DNA of 64,000 nt from Azolla caroliniana. Its lineage: Eukaryota; Plantae; Polypodiophyta. Position 1 is the first letter of the stretch, and every line of letters begins with the position of its first letter. The position numbers were made by a program, and so were the translations under genes. The DNA is taken from NCBI GenBank assembly GCA_043228905.1, contig JBHGNT010000012.1:15500001-15564000 (forward strand), read 5' to 3'. Below are positions 39,347 to 50,108 of this stretch, piece after piece. The notes beneath the pieces are model-generated. The model was not told the DNA's origin. It did not search any database and worked only from the letters and a program-made list of their open reading frames with translations.

Positions 39347-39761
39347 GGTCCGAACGAAGTGTAAAAGATAGAGTGCTGGAAGAAGGATATAAAGGGAACA
39401 AAAGAAGAAAGTAATCAAATGATAAGAGAAGAATGGGCATATTAAGATAGACAGAGAATGGGTACAAGATAGGCAATGAGAGCTTAAGACTAGTGTTGAT
39501 TCGAATTGATTTGAAAAGACTTATATGTCTCTATTTATAGGTTCCTATAGAATAACCTAGAGATTTCTATAATGTTCTAGAATATTCTAAGATGTTCTAA
39601 GTTATTCTAGAATGTTCCAGAGTTTTTATAATAATCAATATATTATAAAAAGTAGCTTTTATTATTTTAGATGACAATTGGTTATCTTAATGGTTGGGTT
39701 TTCGATTATGTATTATAAGGTCTTGAGTTCAAGTGCAGGTGATGTTCATGTGTTCATGACA
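39347..39761 (-). repeat. 5' LTR of the outer Tcn1-like element
   Basis: Ends TCATGACA; reverse TATA at ~39532; right part matches 4463-4581. Confidence 0.75.
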
Positions 39762-39769
39762 GTTATAGT

Positions 39770-40800
39770 GGTGGTTCACCATTTGACCAACATGGTCCTT
39801 TTGCACTAAATACACTGCGAACCTATTCCTCAAGTCCATTGACTGGTTATATGGTGGTTGACCATTTGACCAGGATGGTCCTTTTCCACTAAATACACCA
39901 CGAACCTATTCCTCAAGTCCATTGACTAGTTATATGACCTTCTTGATTCAATTGTGTCTAGTCGTGGCCCACAATTCATGTTGCAGCTCTTGCTTCAACT
40001 ACTTGGTAGCCTAGGATCTGAGAATCTCCTCTCGTCAAGGTATCAACCAAGTGGTTGGGGCAATGCCTAAGCTCTTTTGTAGACTATGACCAAGCCAATT
40101 GGCCCAAGCTCATGTCATTTTCTACTTTTGCATACAACAATAATCATGAGTTGATTAGCATGTCGCCAGTCACAATCAACTACAATTTCCAACCATGCTC
40201 ATTCTTGACACATCCACCCCCAACATTCATAAATCTCACTATTGAAGCACACATCCACCAAATTCATGAAATTTCCATGACACTCTATGGTTATCTACAA
40301 GAAGCTCAAACATGTTAAAAGAAGCATGCAAATGCTTGTCTCTGCCTCAAAACCATGTTAAAGACTTACGAAAAGGTATGTTTGATAAGCAACAACATCA
40401 AAATAACACACCCATAGAGCAAGCATGACTATACCAAAATTATACCTCAAGAACATCATCAACATTGTGCTTTAAAAGCTTGAGTTTCTTCCCACCATAA
40501 TGCAACAACCTATGTTTTACATTGTCAGTAGAAACTTTGCACATCTCACATTTTCTAGGTCATACCGAAGCCCCAACCTATGGAAGTTGACAGCCATGAA
40601 GAGTAAGAACTTAAGCACATCTTAGACATGCATCACCAGCAAAACTAATTGTAGTAATTCGCCAAGCGGTTGGTCTACCCCTACTTAGATTGTACATGGG
40701 AGCATGTTGCCAATGTCACAAACACAATAGAGGGGGTCATGCATTTCTATCTGCAATACTCGAGCAAGCTTGGCTAAATACAACTAAGATGCTACTTCAT
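39770..40800 (+). pseudogene. Highly decayed Gypsy integrase relic
   Basis: QCLSSFVDYDQANWPKLMSFSTFAYNN; SIVSSRGPQF. Confidence 0.6.
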
Positions 40801-41016
40801 AAGGTTGAAGTATCGGGTGGTAGATCCCTAAGTTCACTTGGAAACTATTTGAAAATGTCCAACCATAACTGGTTACACGTTCGTATTCGGGTGCAGAAAA
40901 CAAGAGAGTACACAGACAGAAAAACATGAAGACATGGAAACCCGAACTGGGAAAAAACAAGTACAGAGAGACACTGGATGTTTAATGTAGAAACCCGAAC
41001 TAGGAAAACCACATGG

Positions 41017-44000
41017 AACATCAGGTCATTTGAAACAAGTAATATGTCGCATTCTGTTTTTCATATCTTAGTGAGATGTTAAAAAATGCCTTATTTAAGC
41101 AGAATTTCCAAAAGGCATGACGCATGTGTATGTGGTTTATGAAAACATAGCAAAAAATAGAACTAACTAATATCACGTCAACAAAATCATCCGATGTATA
41201 TTCTATCTACCATGTTTTTGTCCAAATCTTAGACAGGGGTATATTCGTCAACGCAAGTATAATAGTAACACGAGTCCTGGATATTCTAAAAAGCATACCC
41301 CACCGAATAAGTGACTTCTTCTAATTATGTGTGTATATTTATATATAATATATCTTAATGCAAATTGTGAACCTTGCAATTTAGAGATACTACTATGTCA
41401 GGAGAAAATTTTCATTGACACATGATACATGACACCGTCAATGTATAAATAAACTAATCTACAATAACATTCCAATCATACGAGTAAATGATAGAGTATA
41501 ATTTTATCTCCCATATACCCGAAATGATAAATGAGACTTTAGACAACATGTACACATACAAATTATACTTAATCTCTAAGTTCAATGAGTGTTACACAAA
41601 AATTATAAATAAGCTCAACTTATATATTACGTCAAAATTTAACAATTCATATTGTTCAAATTTTACGATAATCCATATCCATTCAATCAAATAATAAGTC
41701 TGGTAATGCCGTCTCTTCAGGATTAGCTCTTTTATCAAGATTGTCCTCATTGGCTTCGTCGGTACGCTAAGTTGAATCATTAGTATATTCAGACTCTAAC
41801 ACGTCTTCTAATTCAACAAAGTCCCCTGCTTCTTCATCTATAAGTTTCATAGGTTCTCTAAAAGTCATCTGGAACATCTCAGTTTCATTGATATGCTTTC
41901 CCCCAACTTCTTGGTCTTGATCAGGATAGTCCCAAATACCTTGGATCCTCATTTTGATGAAATTAACCTGCTCAAGGTCCTTCTCTAATGCAACTAAGTT
42001 CTTGAACATCTTTAAGGCGCATGTTGTAATAGTACATGACACTAGAATGAAATTACACATGTAACATCAAATTGAAGAATAGACTATAACGTTAATCTAA
42101 ATTGATGTGACAAGTTTTATATACCTGTGTCGGAAAACAAATCTAAAACCGATTGAAATTTGAAAAAATAAAAAATCTTGGATTTTCAACTAGAATCCAA
42201 TGCAATACACTAGATTCAGTTCAAAATCCAAGATTATTTCAAATTTTGTAATTTTTTAAAAACTTTCTAGAACAAAATAATAAATGGATTTTCAGCTAAA
42301 ATACGATGCACTACATTGTATTTTACTCTATACAGCTAGAATCCAATGTGATGCATTGGATTACAATCGAAGATCCTTTTTTCTTTTTCCTTTTTTCTTT
42401 TTTCTTTTTTCTTTTTTCTTTTTTCTTTTTAAATGTTACTTATTAATTTATATTTTTTTCTATATAAAATAATAATAATAAATGGCTTTTCAACTGAAAT
42501 CCGAAGCACTGCATCAAATTGTAGTCTATACAGCTAGACATCGATGTAGTACATCAAATTTTAGATCACAATCCTTTTTCTTTTCAATTGTTTTTCATTT
42601 TTTCGAAAAATAAATAAAAATATTTAAAAATATTGATTTCCAAATAAACTCTAATGCACTACATTGGATTTCAATTGAAAATCCAGATTTCTTTTAGTTT
42701 TTTCATAAAACAATAAAATAACAATAAAAAATTTGCATTTTCAATCGAAATCTGAAGTAATGCATCGGATTTCATTTAAAAATCCTTGATAAATGAAAAA
42801 AGTATACATTATTTTAAATGGCCAAAATGCATGATTTTTTTATTTTTAACATTTTTTTATGGAAAAAATAAAGAAAATCAGAAAATTTGAAAAAAAATAA
42901 GAAAAAGTGGATTTTAAACTGAATTTTTCCATTGAAAATCCATTTTCTCAATTATTTATTTATTTATTTATTTATGGGAAAATTTCAAAATTTCAAAAAA
43001 TAAGAAAATTTGGAAACAAATAAGAAAAAGTGGAATTTCCGTTGAGAATCCATTTTTTCAATTTTTATTTATTTATTTATAGGAAAACTAAAAAATACAA
43101 AAATAATCCAAAAATAAGAAAATTCGGAAACAAATAAGAAAAAGTGGAATTTCAACCGAAATCCATTGCATTGCATCAGATTTATGTTGAAAATACATTT
43201 TTTCAATTTTTATTTATATATTTATGGGAAATTAGAAAAAGTGGACTTTCAACAGAAATCCGATGCAGTGCATCGGATTTCCATTGAAAATCCATTTTAT
43301 AAATTTTTATTTATTTTTTTATGGGGAAAATAAAACAAATTTTAAAAAAACACAAACAAATTTCTAAAAATAAGAAAATTTGGAAACAAATAAGAAAAGG
43401 TGCACTTTCAACCGAAATCCAATGCAGTGCATCGAATTACCATTGAAATTCCATTTCTTCAATTTTTATTTATTCTTTTATGGGAAAAGTAAATAATAAT
43501 AATTCAAAATTCAAAAAAAATTTCAAAAAATAATAAAATTTGGAAAAAAGTAAGAAAAAGTGGACTTTCAATCGAAATCCAATGTATTGCATCAGATTTC
43601 CGTTGAAAATCCATTTTATCAATTTTTATTTATTTATTTATGGGAAAAATAAAACAATTCAAAAAAAATACAAAACAATTTCTAAAAATAAGAAAATTTG
43701 GAAACAAATAAGAAAAGTGGATTTTCAACTGAACTCCAATGTACTGCATCGGATTTGCTTTGAAAATCCATTTTTTAAATTTTTATTTATTTATTTATGG
43801 AAAAAATAAAAACATTTTAAAAAAATAAAAAATTAGGAAATTCGGAAACAAATAAGAAAAAGTGGACTTTCAACTGAAATCCGATGCAGTGCATAAATTA
43901 TCAAAGTACATAATTAAATATCATAACCAAAAAGTGAAGAAAAAAGAATGCATCAAGCACATGTACTCCTAAATTGGATAATGTATACTACTATATAACT

Positions 44001-44547
44001 TCTCTCTGACCAAAACAAGTTATTTGCGACAAACCACAATGAAGATACTAAAAGTGGATCTCGAATGTGGCTTCAAATACAACACAAGGAAAAACAAGAA
44101 GCATGACTCCTAACCTCGATGAGGTTGGATTGCAATTAGATGAAGACAATGCATTAGTTGCCATTAATGATGAGGATGAGACCTCATAAACTCTTACTAG
44201 TTCATCTAATGGGTATGAAGATGATGGCATAAACTTGGGAAACGATGGTCCTGATACATTAACTATAAATATTGTATTGTACATCAAGATTTGGATTCAT
44301 GAATTGCTATAAATATTGGTGTTGGTCATTTTGGACATTCATTTGTAATTTTGGCATGTCCATTATTTAGGCATTTTTTTGAACACCAAAATTTCCATAC
44401 ATTCTAGGAATCAATATTTTTTGGGTCATTTTTTAAAATCCTTTACGCATGCGGCACCCCTTTTTGTGAATCACCCTATTTTGTTTCATTTTTTGATAGA
44501 CAGTTCTCAAAATGCGACATATTACCTGTTTGAAATGTCCCGGTGTT
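41017..44547. mobile_element. TIR DNA transposon derivative, superfamily unassigned
   Basis: 40-bp imperfect TIRs 41017-41056 and 44508-44547 (34/40 match); 4-bp flanks ATGG/GTGG; removal rejoins the host LTR. Confidence 0.8.
42175..43895. repeat. AT-rich array of ~12-14 long palindromes with A/T-tract spacers
   Basis: e.g. 43242-43294 TGGACTTTCAACAGAAATCCGATGCA-G-TGCATCGGATTTCCATTGAAAATCCA. Confidence 0.85.
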
Positions 44548-44934
44548 GTGGAGTCCACAAACTCCAAACATATCACTATGATAGAGAAGAAGTACAATGA
44601 GGAACTCGAAGGCAACGACCTCGAGTTCTCCTTCGTCTGACAGACGGCTATAGAGTTGCACTCTCTTTGTCTTACGCAGTTATAGAGGCCACTACCTTCT
44701 TGTAACTCACAACCTAAACATACAACAATGTTCTACCTCTCTTTCCTAAAGTTTGCCCTAGTTGTATTTATACTTATACAACTTGATGGGTATTTACATA
44801 CATAGCCCTCATGGGCCACATTTCGACTATTTACAAATATAGTCTCCCGAGTTACTCATCAACTCAGCTCTTCTCTTTCCATCCGGAGGGACCTGTTTCC
44901 CAACAGAAATATGGGGTGGTGGATCTCTATATAT

Positions 44935-45720
44935 GCTTGAAGATGGGTCGGGGATGACTCATCAAACGTTGATGAAGTGGATCGAGAAGAAGGGGAAGAA
45001 CATGAACACATCGGGAGTGTACACCGAATTTGACCAAATGTACAACTATCTCCCGAGAACCGAGCAAACACTTCTCGAAGGAGATAAAGTTTTGTACTTC
45101 TTAAAGGCGGTGGATGCAAAAGATAGACAAGAACTAGGTAGTCTATTAGAGGACGAAGCACAACCCAATGGTCTCATAACGGATTAGGTTGCGGTAAGAA
45201 GAGCATGTGATCGATTTGACAAACGTCGACATGGCAGGCCCGGTAGTCCAAAGAAGGAAGGCTCCAATATCAACTAAGATGACAAAGCAAAGCGAGCCAA
45301 CCGAAAGAGCGATGGAGAACTCTGTCATTGAAGAGTTGGCACGAAAATTCAAAGAGGTTTCGTTAGCTAATATGAGTCATAGAGGGCCGAAGGGGAAAGA
45401 CCCATATAGATGTGTATGGTGTGATAGTGATGATCATGCAAGGAAAGAATTTCCTAGCCTTCATGAGGCAATTTGACAAAAACCTCATTTACATGGAAGG
45501 CAACATTATACACTCAAGTGAAACTCGAAAGCCCTTGCAAGTGAATTTCAGTAGGGGGGGTCTAAAGGAAATCATGGATGAGGCCGATACGAGCCATGTC
45601 GAAGCTATACACTAAGCCGCATCCACCAATATAAGAATCGGGAAGGAGAAGCTTGGAATGATTAGACCGGGAATGAGGTTTTGGCCGACAGTCCTCGAAT
45701 ACGAAAAAAAAGGGAAGATT
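44935..45720 (+). pseudogene. Gag relic related to the 49007-56908 Gypsy
   Basis: MTHQTLMKWIEKK...LYFLKAVDAKDRQELGSLLED and YRCVWCDSDDH align with ORF 50109-52307. Confidence 0.85.
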
Positions 45721-46479
45721 AATTGCATTTTGGACATACCCTGGCCGTCTAGAGGAGATTTTGAAGGTATCTGACATAGTTTTTTTTAGTAGAAACACAT
45801 CAGAGCCCAAATCGAGGACTACCACGAGTTCACGGTTTTCATTGGGAATCTGTCTTTAGACAAACCTCATGTCGACATACTACTAGAGGGTCTGGAGGGG
45901 TTGCGATACTATTTTGAAGAGAGATACATAATCGGATAGAAATACTAAAGAAAGACCAAGAAGACCGTTTTATGTAGTGAAAGTCCTCACTGGCAAGGAT
46001 CACGCAATATTTATCACCGTGTGTTACTTCCCCCCGAAAGGATCCCGGTATAATATGGCTGGAGAGGGGAGTATAGTTGATGAAGGAACACTGCATGGGC
46101 CTTCGCGATACGAACCTTTATCAGATGACATAATCTGATATTCTTCTCAAGGGGAATTCTTCCTTGTAGGAGATTTCATGCAAGAACCCAATCCCAACAA
46201 TGCACAATATTTCAGATGGATAGAAACCTTCAAATGGTGAATGTCGACCATTTAGACTTAGACATAATGCGTACATCAAAGGATCACAGTGCGGACGCCA
46301 CAAGCTTTGGCCATCATCTGCTTGAACTTGGAAGCCGACACCAGATGATCATATATAATGGCTTAGCCAAGTGGCCGAGCTCGGAAGCGCTCACCTGTTT
46401 CCCACATGGAGGAGGGGAAAGCACAGTTGATTACCTAATAGGACACCCTGAAGCTACCCACATGGTTAACTCCTTCCGG

Positions 46480-48287
46480 TGTCGTGAAAATCCATCACTA
46501 TGTGCGGACCGTGAGACGGAACTGCCGGGGTTCTGGACTAGAAGGATTTAGTGCAACACGTAAAACATAAGCAAGTTTTAAGCATAAGACAAGTGGGAGA
46601 GACAAATCATTAGTTTATTACAAAAGAAAATCGATTCTTTATAATTTCAGAATCGTGTTACAATGGGTTGGGTATGGAAATAAGAGATTAATTTTTCAAA
46701 GAAAGGAGCCAAGAACCATGCAAGGAGTGGTCCGATATGAGTACGAGAGATATATTTTTGACAAGAAAGATCGAGTCAACAAAGCTAGGAGTTTGATATC
46801 AATATGTGAGATAATTTGTTTCTCGAAACCGAGAGGGGAGAAGAAGGAAGAAAAAAAAACTAGGAGGGAAAAAATGGGACATATATCGAGCTCCTTGTTG
46901 ATCCTCCTTCCCAATGTTACTTTGCATGCCCACTTTTAGTTGGATGGTCTCTATTTTTAGTTGCATGGCCTCTACTTTTAGTTGCATGCTTCTATTTTTA
47001 GATGCATGCCTTTTTACTTTTAGTTACATGGTCTTGGCTTTTGGTTGCATGCAACTGTCCGTATAATTCGACCAAATGACACAATCATCCATAAAGTTTA
47101 GCTCGTGCACAATCCGTACGTGCATTGCAACCAAACCATAGACGCGTCTGCGCACAAAAGTCCCGACCGCGTAGTGTACGCATCCACGCGCGCGCACGTG
47201 TCCAACCCGCACCGTGTACACATCCGCGCGCAAAAGTCTCGACCACGCCGTAGTGTACGCCTGTGTGCAAAAGTCCCGACCGCGTAGTGTACGCATCCAC
47301 GCGCGCGCGCGTCCAACCCGCACCGTGTACGCATTCGCGTGCAAAAGTCTCGACTGCGTTGTAGTGTACGCATCCACGCATGCACGCGTGCACACACACA
47401 CGTCCGCGCGCTCGTCCGCACACATGCATCCATCCGAAACATCCACACGTACGCCTGAAACTTGCACACGTGCGTACATCCAAAGACATCCATGCGCGCG
47501 TATGTCCGAAAACGTCCACGCGGCCATGCACACACGCATACACCCAAAGCGTCGACCGCGTTGTAGTGTACGCATCCACGCGTGCACGCGTGCACACACA
47601 CACGTCCGCGCGCTCGTCCGCACACATGCATCCATCCGAAACATCCGCGTACATCCAAAGACATCCATGCGCGCGTATGTCCAAAAACGTCCACACGGCC
47701 ATGCACACACGCGTACACCCAAAGCGTCGACCGCGTTGTAGTGTACGCATCCACGCATGTGTGCGTGCACACACACACGTATGCGCGCTCGTCCGCACAC
47801 ATGCATCCGTCCGAAACATCCACGGGTACGCCCGAAACTTGCACACGTGCGTACATCCAAAGACATCCATACGCGTGTATGTCCGAAAACGTCCACGCAG
47901 CCATGCACACGCGCGTACGCCCAAAGCATTAACACAGTCGTGCATACACGCGTATGCCTGAAGCGTGCACACCACACAGTGTAGCCCAAGTCACCTTGAA
48001 CATTCTGTGCTCCACACATTGATAGAATGAATATGTTTTGGTTTCGCTTATATATTCTGGGTTCCAATGTTGTCCTATCTATGTGGGATATCTCACAATT
48101 TTGTCTTTTCTTTTCTTTTCTTCAAACTTTACACTCACATAACTTGATACTTGTTTATCCATTTTATGCGTAGTAAAATACACTATGAAGCTCTTGAACA
48201 CATCTATCTTTCCATATCAATATATTAAGCTAATCATAAATAATTATTTTACTAGTTTTCATATCGTGTGTGAAAAATCACACGACA
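46480..48287 (-). mobile_element. Solo LTR, TGTCGTG...CACGACA family
   Basis: TSD CCGG (46476-46479, 48288-48291); ends related to LTRs 49007-50041 and 12781-14116. Confidence 0.9.
47130..47975. repeat. CG-rich alternating purine/pyrimidine repeat inside solo LTR
   Basis: Recurring GTAGTGTACGCATCCACGC and CATCCAAAGACATCCATGCGCGCG units. Confidence 0.85.
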
Positions 48288-49528
48288 CCGGGGGTGGCCC
48301 CATGCCCCATTGGTGCAGACCATAGCTTCCTATACTTTGAGCTAAAATATGACACCTCCCACGCCACCAACTTTAGTCAACCAAACCATCACACCATAAT
48401 ACATTTCACGCATGAGCTCGCTGACATCTACTCCCAACATGTTCAAGCCCATCTCTCCTCTTTTGATTCTTCCTTGCCTTTAGAGAACCTCACTACAGAA
48501 CTCACACACACCCTTCACTCAGCAGCAATTAGTAGCTTCCCATACACGAAACACTTCAATCATAGTAGAATAGGGTCTATGCCACAGAACAAGTGGTATG
48601 ACGAGGATTGTAGAGAGTTGTATAAACAACTTAAAGTGTCGCGACTTAGTGGTACTATTTCCTCAGTACAAGCTCGAAAAGAGATGCGCAAGATGACACG
48701 TCGTAAAAGACGAGCTTGGGAAGCATCCCAATATTGGGAACTCTACCATATGCTCATGAGTAGGGATTGTGCCCTTGCATGGAAGAGACTACAAGAATCG
48801 CGACCACAAACACCCATTGAGGAGCCCAATATTTGGCACACATATATTGTTGGGAGACAGGTCCCTCCGGATGGGAAGGAAGAAGAACAGTGCCGACGAA
48901 CAAATGGTATGAGGAGTACCCGGCTACGGAGAGCCGGATGATACAGACCCCGTGAGGACCAGATGAGGAGTACCCGGCTACGGAGAGCCGGATGATACAG
49001 TCCCGGTGTCGTGAAGATTTTCGGCAATAGTGTGAAAATCCCATAAAACGTACGAAATCGAGTATGAATCACGTAGTACAATAATTGTGAAGATAACATT
49101 TAAAATAGATTTAATATCTAAGTACAAAATGATAGAGGTTTCGAATGCACTTTATTACACGAGAAACGGACAACTAAATGTCAAGATATGAGGGTATAAA
49201 GTTTGTAAAAGGAAAGGAGAAAATTGGGAGATATCCCACATAGGCACGACAAATACAGCTCTCATCATATATAAGGTGGAGCAAAAGATATTATCTTTGT
49301 GTCTATGTGTGGAGCATAGAGAGTTCAAGGTAACTTGAACTAAGAGTGTAGGTGGGCTAGCTACTCGTAAAGGGTTTTGGCCAACCAAAACCGGGGCCAA
49401 CCAAAATCAGACCGGCGATGGAGACGGTGATCCGACGACGGCACCGGTAACCGACGGCATCCGGCGACTAGATAAATAAATATATAAATATATATATACA
49501 TATTTACATATACAAGGAGGGCAAGTAA

Positions 49529-49582
49529 GGATTCGAACCTTGCATCTCCAAGTTAGGAGTCAATTGGCTTACCATTAAGCCA
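49529..49582 (-). promoter_or_regulatory. tRNA-like A/B-box module in LTR (copies at 36704-36757 and 56397-56450)
   Basis: Minus strand A box TGGCTTAATGG and B box GGTTCGAATCC, 43-nt offset, with D-arm and T-arm-like stems. Confidence 0.72.
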
Positions 49583-50108
49583 TGCTATTTAGTTGAAATT
49601 ATATTTCTATCATTGTACTTTTACATGTAAATTCTCATACATGAGAACTAAAATGAGTGACATGGTTATCATGCACCACATGTAATACATAAGCGCCAAA
49701 TGGCAAACATGCAATTTATGCATGTCTTGTACCCTCACATGCATCATATGCATGAGAGCATCTATAAAAGAGGGAAGGGGGAGGAGAAAAAACACGGTTT
49801 TTTTTAATTATGAAATTAAGAAGAAGAAATTCGTTATCAAATTGATGGTGTAACTTGTTTCTTAAATCCAAAGATAAAAAGTTCAATCGATCTTTCTCAA
49901 TCGTTTAATCTCAACTTCTCTCTTTCCCAATCTATCTTAAGTACTTTCTCACCAAAGCTTGTATCGACTCTAAATCCTTCCGGTCCAGAACCCCGGCGGT
50001 TCCGCCTCACGATCTGCGCGTAGTGACAGATCTTCACGACATAATTAAGTCGTGAACCCGACGTGAAAGAGGCGGTAGGAAGGATCAAGTCGAGATTAAT
50101 ACTTGGAG

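Larger units (their letters stand above)
4463..39761 (-). mobile_element. Old Tcn1-like chromovirus (Ty3/Gypsy) fragmented by nested insertions
   Basis: LTR fragment 4463-4581 matches 39650-39761 (...GATGTTCATGTGTTCATGACA); minus-strand pieces in order: gag 37981-39292, RT/RH 18478-19062, RH/IN 10690-11540, chromodomain 4590-4858. Confidence 0.65.
40856..44905 (-). mobile_element. Old Tork-like solo LTR split by the TIR element
   Basis: 44552-44905 resembles 24275-24814 and ends GGACCTGTTTCCCAACA; 40975-41016 resembles the preceding LTR part; flanks GAAAA/GAAAT. Confidence 0.6.

Noticed and set aside
42175-43895. CRISPR-like palindrome-spacer array
   Set aside because: Spacers are long, low-complexity and similar to each other, repeats are variable, there are no cas genes, and the context is eukaryotic transposon DNA
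43920-44190. hAT transposase C-terminus
   Set aside because: Only a faint resemblance; no 8-bp TSD or hAT-type TIR
47024-48067. Long Cys/His/Arg-rich ORFs (up to 347 aa)
   Set aside because: Open in several frames on both strands because the repeat lacks stop codons; lies inside a solo LTR
49519-49590. Functional tRNA gene
   Set aside because: No convincing 7-bp acceptor stem or canonical anticodon arm; called a tRNA-like module only
49804-49812. Self-priming complement (TTAATTATG) for the Phygy-like PBS region
   Set aside because: AT-only match, overlaps the LTR end, and is absent from the other two LTR copies
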